A model generated the notes under the pieces. That model made no database searches. It was not told where the DNA came from and worked only from the letters and a program-made list of their open reading frames with translations. Shown here one piece after another: positions 49,992-61,800 of a DNA stretch of 64,000 bases. The stretch lies in NCBI RefSeq assembly GCF_964355755.1, contig NC_092670.1, positions 21,066,795-21,130,794 of the forward strand, read 5' to 3'. Position numbers and translations under genes: made by a program. Source of the DNA: Antedon mediterranea (lineage: Eukaryota; Animalia; Echinodermata). Numbering within the stretch: position 1 is the first letter of the stretch; each line of letters begins with the position of its first letter.

Positions 49992-52900
49992 ATGGCGTCG
50001 AATGGTGAAATAAATCTGCCAAGTGAAACTCAAAACGATGTTAAAATGCAAGAATGTACAGGGAATGAACTAACAAATGGGTTTGAAAACACACTATCAA
50101 AGTGGGTAAAGTTAAATGTAGGTGGAACCTATTTTCTAACAACAAGAACGACACTCTGTAGAGATCCTCGTTCATTCTTGGCCCGACTGTGTCAAGAAGA
50201 TCCAGATTTGAAGTCGGATAAGGTAGGCATTTTGATAGGGAGAGGAGGCAGGGAGGGTGAGTGTGCGATCGATCGATTGGCAGCCTAGTCTATAGGTAGG
50301 AGGCCTAGAAACGGGGGAATACCAACTGGGGTTGATATTTGTATTTCTTGTCGTTGATACCACTTTAATATATGGTAGTATAAAATAGTAAAAAGTATTT
50401 TGAATAAATATTTTTTTTAAATATTTTTATTTATGAATAAATAATTCTTTTTATTAATATTAATTATGCACACACAGTCACAGTACATGCATCGTAGTAG
50501 GGCTTAGAAATAAGTTATAACAGTACCCCTGCTCACGAATCATCAGAAAATCTCTAGATTAATTGTTAACACTTAAATTATTGTAAACTTATTATATAAT
50601 TTGTATTCTTTTTTTTAGACTTGAGCAAACAATATACTATAAATAAATATTTAACAACAAGCCTTCTTGAAATGTAATCCTTTTCATTCTGGTGGCCATA
50701 GATAGAGCAGAAATTTAAAAACCTCACAAAACATAAATTTATATTATTATATTATTTCATTTAAATATATTCAACCATATTTGACTTGATAGCAAAGACA
50801 TATTGTGATTGTGTAGTCCCTTATTTTGAGTAAATAAAAAACGGTTATAATTTTTCATGCAAGGCATAAAATAATCATGGTAAAGACTTATTGAAATTTT
50901 GTTTTCAGGACGAAACGGGTGCATATTTAATTGATAGGGATCCCACATACTTTGGGCCAATATTGAATTATCTACGGCACGGCAAGTTGGTAATAAACAA
51001 AGACTTGGCAGATGAGGGTAAATAAAATTTAATAGTCATTTTGTAACGTGAATCACTTGAATATACTGCCTACGTGATATAGACTAATTCTACTTGCAAA
51101 TTAATTTTTTATCACAAGATTTGTAATATAGTTTGCGGTACACCATGTATGTCATTTCTGAAAAGAACTTTTGAGTTTCTCGTCGTTTCGATCTCATCTA
51201 ACATACTGTATGTGGTGTACCGCAAACTTATATCAACATTTGATTTCACCATGCAAACCTTCAAACAATATAATATCACAAGAAAGATTATTTTAATTTT
51301 ATAGTGCATATGTTGTTCTGGTTTAAAAAAAAAAATAGTAGATGGAAATTGTTTTTTTTTTTCATTTTTGTATGAAAACCAAGACATCTTTAATTTAAAA
51401 TGTATACTTTGAATTTATTTATTTTTAAATTTTGCTGTTCTAATATTCTATTTATAGGTGTTTTAGAAGAAGCAGAATTTTATAGTGTAACTTCTTTAAT
51501 CAAGTTATTAAAACAAAGGATTTTAGATAAAGAAACAAGGAATAGCACAGTAAGATTTAATTTTATTTGTTGTTCTTTCTCTGTTTCTTTCTTTTAGTGA
51601 TATAATACTACAGTACTACCAAGTGTGCTGCCACAGTAAAAAAAAAAGCCCTAAATAATGCAATTAATAGTGTTTAAAGTCTACTTTCAAATTTGGAGAA
51701 TGTTATTAAAAAAATAATTTATCTGTTTCAGTCTTTTTCTTTTATTTTGGAAAAAAAGCACACTGAACCACATTTTTAAGATCTTTTCTATAAAAAAAAA
51801 CAAATACGGAACGACTCATTTTTGTCAAAGGGTAAAGGGTGTAGGAGAAAAGTGATAATAATCACTGAATGATGATGAAGTTCCGGTGTTAATTCTTTAT
51901 AATTTTGCTGTTTTAGGGTCCTAGGAAGCATGTTTATAGAGTGATACAATGCCAAGAAGAAGAACTAACGCAGATGTTATCAACAATGTCAGATGGTTGG
52001 AGGTTTGAACAGGTAAAACTTTTTAGATTATGCACACAATGTAAAAATACAATTTGTGTTTGTTTGAAAACTTTTCTTGTCCGGTAATTATTTCCTTGCC
52101 TCCTTTTTAAAAAGCAGTTTTAGAAAACTCCCCCTTCCAGAATTCTAGGTTATCTTTCTGGTACAAGGCTTCCCATATTTGGAGCAAATGACAACCACTG
52201 AATGTTAATTGTTTCAAATTCATTTATTGCGCAATAAGTATACATTGTTTCAATACGGTGATTCCGTGCCAAGCTTACCTGGATAAACCAGCACCATGCT
52301 CTTCCAAGTTAGAAAAAGATTAAAGTTTCTTGAACATCCCTCTAAAATAAATTATGTATATTTAACTGTAATAACATTTGATTTCAGCTTGTCAATATAG
52401 GTACTCAATATATTTATGGAAGTGAAGATCAAACAGAGTTTATGTGTGTGGTGTCCAAGGATATTAGTAACAGTAATGGCTATAGCACATTTCAACAACC
52501 TGAAAAAACCAAGGTAATCATTTAAGCTTGTTTTTGTGTTTGTTTAACACTTAGGCATGTTTATCCAACAAATTGAAACATAAAGGGCCAATTTACACGG
52601 TAAATGTAAGCAGAAAACTGTGTATTGAAAACTATTGTATTGTAGAATATGTATCTATCCGAGCTGGTTTCCACTCCACAGTTTGTGTAAAATGGTCATA
52701 AGAAGTAACATAGAAGATTCTATATTCTTGTTTTCCGCTTTTACTGTTTACTGTTTACTGTTACTGTTGTCTGTATAAATTGGCCTTAAAACAACTGACT
52801 GTTCAATCTTTTTTAATAAAATTGTCAACATTGTAATTTTTTTCTTTTCTTTTAGTGCTTTGAAGACAGAACAACAAGAATGCGAGATATTCGCTCATAG
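49992..52900 (+). CDS. KCTD5: BTB/POZ domain protein, KCTD5/KCTD2/KCTD17 family (Cul3 adaptor)
   Basis: [96 protein letters not shown]. Exons approx. 49992-50222, 50909-51017, 51438-51550, 51917-52012, 52388-52513, 52856-52900. Confidence 0.96.
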
Positions 52901-55399
52901 TGTCACACGCACACAAGTACACGTGGTCGTGATACGACCATTCAAGTGCATTCAGGTTCTCAGTTGTGTTATGTTGGTTTACTCTTTTAATTCACCTTAG
53001 TGTACAGTTAGATATTATGCACACTGTAGATAGAGGACGACAACCTTTAATACGCGATTACAGATGATATCGGATGACAAACATACTGTAGATACACGGT
53101 GCCAAATGTAATACTTGACGACATACAGCCATGTTAGAATGTGTTCAAACAATTATTGTTTTATTGGGTAAAAATATAATATGCAGGTACACAAACAGCA
53201 TAATGGTGAATATCTATAAAGGGAGACGAATATCAATAGGAGCAAGAACCATACAGACATTAAATATTGACAAACAGCTGTAGAGGGTGACAAACATTTA
53301 TAGGTTGAGGCTGACAAATTTCTATTGTGAATCGATTACATATACCTTACATACAACTGTAGAAAAATGAAAAGATAGACGATTTCATATGGCAAAAAAA
53401 AAAATAAAAGATAAACAGAAAACGACTGTTAAATCAACCTTTGTATAATTATGTTACCCCATTCCCTGCTTAGGATTTTTGTATTGAAGAATCAAAACAC
53501 TTGCGTGGTACCCAAGCCAATTATAGCCAGGATTTTTATTTTCGAACAGGGAGTGCCATTTTCACAAAGGGGCAAAAATCGTCCTAAGTTATAGGCTTGT
53601 TATAAGCTAGGCTTGTCATAAGCTAGGCTTGTCATAAGCTAGGCTTGTCATAAGCTACAGTAGCCTAGTCATAAGCTAGGCTAGTAAGGCCTGCTTATCA
53701 ATATCATCACTTCTAATGCGAGTTCCTTCAGCAAAAGCAAAAAAGAGGGTTTGTTTGAACCACAAACAGAAATGAAGGATTGATAGTTCTCTACATACAA
53801 ATATATTGTAATTGGTAGTTCTGTATTAAGTTCTAGGCCGATTTGTGTAAGAGAGTTGTATAAAGTAACACTTTTTTCATTTTGAAAGAAGGAATATTAT
53901 TGTCACAGCTGGTAGTGATCAGGTGTTTGCTCTTAGAGGCGCTATGTCTCTCTTTTCACCCAGATGTATTTTAATGGATGCCAACATATTACACCAGTAT
54001 CAAACTTTCCTGTTATTAAAATTGAGGGATTACCACAGTCCTACGAAGCTCAGAATGTTAAGCCGAACTTAGATAACAAGTTTTGATATGAATGTATATT
54101 TGTTACTGTACTATATGTTTCTCTAATACTTCATGTATGAACAAATTTGGTGAGTTTAAGTTTTTCTAATGCATTTTTACAGTGGATGTATTAATTATAA
54201 TTAAGTGTTAGAAAATGTCTAACATTCTTACACAGTGCTGAACATAGTCTAGATTCTGTTAAATTATTAGTTTTATAGGTTGTGTTGGCATTTTGCTGCA
54301 ACACCAAAAACTACGCAATAGCGTAACAAACTCCTCATGCTTACAAATGTGTGTAGTGGTAGCGTCTGTTACTAAGCCAAATGTACAAAGTCCTTACTCA
54401 CAAAGGTGTAGGCCTATATCCCATGCAAAGGGTTATACTGTATTAATTTGAGATACTTCTCATAATTTAGATGGTAAAAGGGTGTTTTACAGTTTATGTT
54501 AAAAGTACAGTAATTTACTTGTTTAAATTCACCAAAGGGTGGTTAGTTATCTTAAATTTTAATTACACTTATCCTATCAAGCCAATTGTCCTTGGTAGGT
54601 TGTATAAGGGGTGATAGAATCTCCTATTTATTTTATTTTTACCATTTGTATAACCTGTGCAGATTCTTCATAAAAATAACTGATATTAAGGGATCCTTTA
54701 GAACTGGTATTAATGGGTCCTCTACTGAAATACTGAAAGAAATACATAATGTTGTGGTATAAATCACAGAAAGTCATATTTGAGGCCCAAAATCATTCGG
54801 TTATTATACTCCTAACACTGGTTAAAAGGTGCCCTAGTTCATTTTTAAATGTTTGTGCTTTCCACCATCCCACAGATTTTGTATTTAAGATCATTTAATT
54901 AAATATTTTATTTTTCAGATTTAAGAGTGCTCTTTTGTTTTGACAGTATTAGCTTTAGTTTAGTTTAAGAATTTAATTTTTAATAATAATTTAATTTAAA
55001 AATTTAATTTAAAATATTTTTAATTATTTGTGTTAAGAGAACCAGAAACAAGGTGGCTCATTATTTAAATTGTTTGGGAGTCTAGTCCTATTCAGTAATG
55101 GGTTTATTACTAACTCCCTCCCTATATAAATGGTTTAAATTCAGTTCATGTAGTAAACCCCTTTGAAACTTTTAAAGTATGTAATTTAGAGGGACTTGCA
55201 ACAAGGCATTTGTATTAGAATTCTAGGTAGTAATTTATATTACACACTTGTGTATCTGCAATTTTTAACATTTTGTTAGTGTTTATATCGGTGTACAAAA
55301 GGAATAAACATTTGTCTATACTTGTTTTATTTCATGCATTTTGAATCTTTCTTTTTAATTTGAGCGTAGATAACCTGTACTGTCATTCTCAGCTGTAGT

Positions 55400-57050
55400 G
55401 GGATGTTGTCTATAAAAGAAGCACAACCGCAGTGGTAGGTCTGCAGAAGACCCAACCACAGTGGTATGTTTATAAAAGGGGCACAACTACTGTGGTATGT
55501 CTGCAGAAGACCCAACCACAGTGGTATGTCTATAAAAGGGCACAACTACTGTGGTATGTCTGCAGAAGACCCAACCACAGTGGTATGTCTATAAAAGGGG
55601 CACAACTGAAGTTGTATGTCTATAAAAGAGGCACAACTAAGAGGCACAACTACTGTGGTATATCTATAGAAGGGGCACAACTACTGTGGTATGTCTATAG
55701 AAGGGGCACAACTACTGTGGTATGTCTATAGAAGGGGCACAACTACTGTGGTATATCTATAGAAGGGGCACAACTACTGTGGTATGTCTATAGAAGGGGC
55801 ACAACTACTGTGGTATGTCTATAGAAGGGGCACAACTACTGTGGTATATCTATAGAAGGGGCACAACTACTGTGGTATGTCTATAGAAGGGGCACAACTA
55901 CTGTGGTATGTCTATAGAAGGGGCACAACTACTGTGGTATGTCTATAGAAGGGGCACAACTACTGTGGTATATCTATAGAAGGGGCACAACTACTGTGGT
56001 ATATCTATAGAAGAGGCACAACTACTGTGGTATGTCTATAGAAGGGGCACAACTACTGTGGTATGTCTATAGAAGGGGCACAACTACTGTGGTATGTCTA
56101 TAGAAGGGGCACAACTACTGTGGTATGTCTATAGAAGGGGCACAACTACTGTGGTATGTCTATAGAAGGGGCACAACTACTGTGGTATATCTATAGAAGG
56201 GGCACAACTACTGTGGTATGTCTATAGAAGGGGCACAACTACTGTGGTATATCTATAGAAGGGGCACAACTACTGTGGTATGTCTATAGAAGGGGCACAA
56301 CTACTGTGGTATGTCTATAGAAGGGGCACAACTACTGTGGTATGTCTATAGAAGGGGCACAACTACTGTGGTATATCTATAGAAGGGGCACAACTACTGT
56401 GGTATGTCTATAGAAGGGGCACAACTACTGTGGTATATCTATAGAAGGGGCACAACTACTGTGGTATATCTATAGAAGGGGCACAACTACTGTGGTATGT
56501 CTATAGAAGGGGCACAACTACTGTGGTATGTCTATAGAAGGGGCACAACTACTGTGGTATGTCTATAGAAGGGGCACAACTACTGTGGTATATCTATAGA
56601 AGGGGCACAACTACTGTGGTATGTCTATAGAAGGGGCACAACTACTGTGGTATATCTATAGAAGAGGCACAACTACTGTGGTATGTCTATAGAAGAGGCA
56701 CAACTACTGTGGTATGTCTATAGAAGGGGCACAACTACTGTGGTATATCTATAGAAGGGGCACAACTACTGTGGTATGTCTATAGAAGGGGCACAACTAC
56801 TGTGGTATGTCTATAGAAGAGGCACAACCACAGTGGTGTCTGCAGAATGCACAACCAGAGGTATGTCTATAGAAGGGGCACAACCGCAATGGTATATCTA
56901 TAAAAGAGGCACAACCGCAGTGGTGGTATGTTTATAAAAGGGGCACAACCAAAGTGGTATGTCTATAGAAGGGGCACAACCAGTTATGTCTATAGAAGAT
57001 ACACAACCACAGTGGGTGTCTATAGGAGGGGCATAACCGCATTGGTAGGT
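55400..57050. repeat. 31-bp minisatellite (about 37 near-identical central units plus degenerate flanks)
   Basis: Unit TCTATAGAAGGGGCACAACTACTGTGGTAT(G/A), homogeneous over about 55660-56820. Confidence 0.97.
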
Positions 57051-58824
57051 CAGCTGTATAGTCTTGTGAGCTGGATCGCAACAGAAGAACAAGGACGTAA
57101 ATAATGATTAAATGTTTTTATTGTCGGTTTCACAATCCTTATTTAGCTTTTTATGCTTTCTATATAGAAAACAAGCATTTACAAGAACTGTCATCTCTTT
57201 TATAATAACTTCTTAAATAAGTTCATAGTTTAATTCTGATTACAATATTTAAAGGCAACACCACACATCTGTTTTTTTTATGTTCTTTTTTTTTAAAAAG
57301 GGAAATGATTTAAATATCAAAATACAATAACAGATTATACTTTTGACTCTTGTGCATTTACAGTGATCATGTCACGACATCATGTGATCCCAACCCAACC
57401 CCTTGCTATATCTGCCAAAATGCAGTTAGTCCACCATATTCACCTGCATTTCTAACGAAGATGTAGGCTGTTTTTTTATTGTACATTTTCCCTGATGGTA
57501 AAATAGAATGTTGAATTAATATTATTTTAAATTAATAAAACTGTTACCTGAAAGCCTATTCTAAGGTATTATAGATGAAAATTCACTCAGGCATAACATT
57601 TATCGCCAAGATAGTGAGTCTCATTGGGACATATTTTTTACCAGGTCTACTTAAATTCATCTTAAATTTTATGTAAGATGAATTTTAGAGGGATGTCTAA
57701 AGGAAAAAGTTATGTTGTGTAGTTTTCAGTGACTAATAAAATCCATTTCAACAAAATCTCTGATCTAGATACTTTCTAACAATCGACTGTTTAGTACATG
57801 TATCCAGATTCTTGGCAACATTTAAAACTTACTGTTAAAGCATTCTCACATGCACATGAACGCTCTACACTAAACCAGATCTCTGTCTCTGATCTTATTC
57901 CCCAGTACTAACCTGGATCTTCCCCAACCCTTGGTACTAACTAGGGTCCTCCCCCACCCTTGGTACTAACAAGGGACCTCCACCCACCTCCCCACCCTTG
58001 GTACTAGCTCTAGGATGACGGTTACTTCCCTGGCACGGATATTTGATTAGCAACCAACCACCATTGATTTGATCAAACCTCAAAATGATTTTCTTGAACT
58101 CCAAACTTACTAAAAAATATTTATACAGTATATCCTTACATTCAATTAATACACCCACTTATTCATTACAACCCTTGACAATATTATTATTACTGTAACG
58201 ATAGGAACTATCTTAATTTCAAATTGCACCTTTGATAAATTTCTGTTAAATCTATAATATACTGTGTTACATTTTCCATCTTCTACAAGACAATTCAAAT
58301 TATTCTACTGCAGTAATTTCAAAGGTTTGCTGCACTTAATATATATACAGTTTACATTTTTCTGCAGTATTAAATCAGTTTATAAATATGTCACATACAC
58401 TTAAAAACTATCAACTCTTAATATTATAAAGTATTTGCTATTCAATACGAGGGGTCTGCATTCTTAGAAATATTACTGCATCCATACTGCAGTAATAACA
58501 GTACTTTAGCAACTACACTGCAGTAGAATAACTTTAATCTTTCCTGTCATTTTCTATGTAACATATGTTGAAAACATTGAAAATGAAAACCCTTTATGTG
58601 GGTTTCAAAACCATTTTCATTAGAATAATTTTTCACAGATGTCGGTTGTTTTTAAATCCAAATAAAATCAGATGCAAATTAAGCATCGATACAACATGCT
58701 AAAGTTCAAATACGAAAATCACCACTTTGACCTGCAGTCGTGCAAATGAAACCGTCGCTGAATGAATTGTTGCTACAGTAAACCGGCGCAAATTTCAAGT
58801 AACAATTTGGATCGTTAGCTAGGC

Positions 58825-61800
58825 TCATGATTTGTAGGTATAGTGCATCATTTCTTCAATGGCTCGACACCATTCTAATGCATATCCCTCTGGGTCAATT
58901 AGGTAGTACGTCCTATTTGGCTGCAGGTAAGAAAAAGTAATAAAGTTTACAACATGATAAATTTAATATTGTAGTTTTTAATGTTATTATCTATTGTAGT
59001 TACTATATTGTGCTTATTAGCAATTTTATTGGATATAAAGTAGAACCTCCATTTTACGTACGGTACGGGACCGAAAGGCGTACGTAAAACAAAGGATTCG
59101 TAAAATCAAGGTTGACCTTAAATTGACCCCAAATACGTAGAGATCGTAGCTATAAAGGCTACCCTGTTTGTCTACTTTACTGAACAACAGCATGCAGGTT
59201 GTCACTAGCTAGGCCTTGCCTAGACTATTCAGGCCAGGCTAGCAGGCCAAGATGTGAGGCCTAACTAGAAAAGTACAGTACTGTATATACAGGCTGTGAG
59301 ATGTTTAAATAAAGTGTAAAATATCAATGTTCTTGTATTTTCTATCAATAAAAACAGTCGCTGCTTAAATGCACGTGCGTAGCTTGTCTCAAACACACAG
59401 CAGAATTCCTCACACACACACACACACACAGCCACAGCTTTGTTGTTAAATTGCGCCCTCAATGTAAGAAAATGATGACGTCATCGGTTATTTTAAGCGT
59501 ACGTAAAATCAAGGGAACGTAAAATCAGGGTACGTAAAACACCGGGTCTACTGTATGGTGTATTATAAATATCATCATTATTAAATTAAATAACTAAACA
59601 ATTGAGAAGAGGATGATAATGAATATAATGATAGTGATTTAGGAATATTAATGTTGAAAATGATTAGATAGTGAACATAAAAATGTTGTTGACAACAATG
59701 ATTAGAGTTAATAATACTGTAATTGCAATAACACATTATTATTATTATAATGATAATAACATAATCACAATGAGAATTATGAGATTATAAGTAATAACTG
59801 TATACATACTGTGTGTACAAAGAAAGTCTTAAAATTCTTTGCTTCTACTTTCATCGTCCTAGACCACGGTATCTCTCCTTTCAGAATCATTCTCTCTGGG
59901 TCCACGTAATATAAGTGAGGTCCTTCGGTTAACAGGAAATTCCGTCTTCTTGCAAACAAGCCCTAATGAACAAAGAATACAAAATATTTGGCACTATAAT
60001 ACATGAATTGTTGCTAAGGGGCGTGTGGCACAGTGTGTTGGCCCCTTGACTACTGATCGTGAGATTGAGGTTCGAATCCAACTCTCGCCTCATTGCCTGT
60101 ATCCTTAGACAAGATACTTTACTTATACTTGCCTATCTCCACCCAGGTGTATAAATGGGAACCCGGTTTGACACAAATTTGCGCTGATTACTAGCTGCAT
60201 TATGGGAGTATGTTTCCATACATGTTTGATCCAAAAAAGTTTACTTGGTTAATAATGTTCAGCGCTTAGAGGTTACACAACATTAGGCGCTATATAAATC
60301 CAGGATATTTTATTACTTATTATTATGAATAAAAATGTTGAACTTTGGTCTACTATCCTCAAATGACAAGAATAAGAAGGTAATCTACATTTGCAAATTA
60401 AAACAATTGTTTCAGACCCAACATTTTAAATATAAACATTCTTTGCAGTATATAACCAAGCCAATCTAACAAAAGTACAATGAGCTCCAAGATATGAACT
60501 CATAACAGTCCTTTGATCTTATGTCTGGCTGTAACAAATACCAACAGTACCATACTATGTACACATTCTCTGCAGTGCGCAGTGTCTGTTAAGGGTGTGG
60601 AACTGATAATGTCACAGCCACAGATAAACCCTTTGATCTCCAGAACTCAGCATCTTGTTGTTAGATTGCCTTGATCTAACCCAGTTATTAACATAGTTTT
60701 CCTATTCTAAATGTTTACCTTTCTTTTGTCTAATAATCCCATCTTCAGAATTAAATTTCCATTTACAAATTGGTGCCACTTGACGTCTTTCTCCTGTTTA
60801 AGAAGCAACTGAGTGCGCTCTTGGCTCGTAGGGTCTAAAACGTATTTCCGTGAATGCGTTTTTTCATAGTTTTCTGTTTCATTTGTGTTTATTTTTTGAA
60901 AATCCTCAGATAAGCTGTTTGATAGTATATTAAAATCATCAACCTGAAAAGTAGTAGTATTGTGAGTGGTTACCATGCCTGTATCAGAGGTTATTGGGAT
61001 CAAATCCCGACTTGCTCCCAGGAACTTGAAGGCACTCGCAATCTTACATAAAAGTATTTTAATTAAGTCTGTATTTATCATATGTGGTGTACTATACGGT
61101 CTGGAAAAAAACTCAAATCCAAAACTCAAGCCAAATATGAAGTCACATCTTTTGACTTTAGAGGTTAAAGTTCAAATTAATACTGAATAAAAATAAGACT
61201 TACATAGTAGTCACTGTGTATTTCTTCACCATCTAGCATTGTGAATGGTTTTAATGCAGGAGGTGTTTGTTTATGTATGTTTTCCCAATTGACACCTTGA
61301 AAGAATTGATGTTCCTTTAGTTCAGCATAGCCCCCACATTCATTGCATCCTAACCTCTTCTTGGGATCTATTACCTGTTTGTAACGATAAACAATAATTA
61401 TTAGAGGCTCTTATAATATTGATAGCGTTTCAAAACGACGTGTCCAAAAGGGTTTTAAAAGCACATTGGTACTAAGAAGTTAAGACATTTTTTTAACAGA
61501 TGTACTAGTTAAAAATTAAATATAGTAAAAGGCCTTATATAATAAAATGATTATGCTAGTTCATTTGGCCCACATGGTTAAGGCAGACATCATAAATAAT
61601 GCATTACATTATTAATGGCATTATAGCATAGTGTGTGCGAAATAATTAGTGCGACTAAATCCAGAATGACACATAAACCAATAACTTTTGTATTAAATCC
61701 ACAATAACATAGTAAACTTACCAATAACTTTTGTACTAAATCTTTAGCTTTCTCGGGAAAACCATCAGGAAACACATAGTCTAGCTTTAAAATCTTTTGG

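Noticed and set aside
51130-51228. GATGAGATCGAAAC on the minus strand as a third hammerhead
   Set aside because: It lacks the CU of CUGANGA, has no room for a stem II loop and has no stem I. It lies inside a small element with 16-bp inverted repeats.
55660-56820. 31-bp repeat array as a CRISPR array
   Set aside because: Units are directly adjacent with no unique spacers, there are no cas genes, and the context is eukaryotic.
60944-61129. 5' part of the 140-aa ORF as extra PDPK1 coding sequence
   Set aside because: A phase-compatible acceptor at 60943 joins the preceding exon in frame. The upstream open frame has no PDK1 similarity and is treated as intron.
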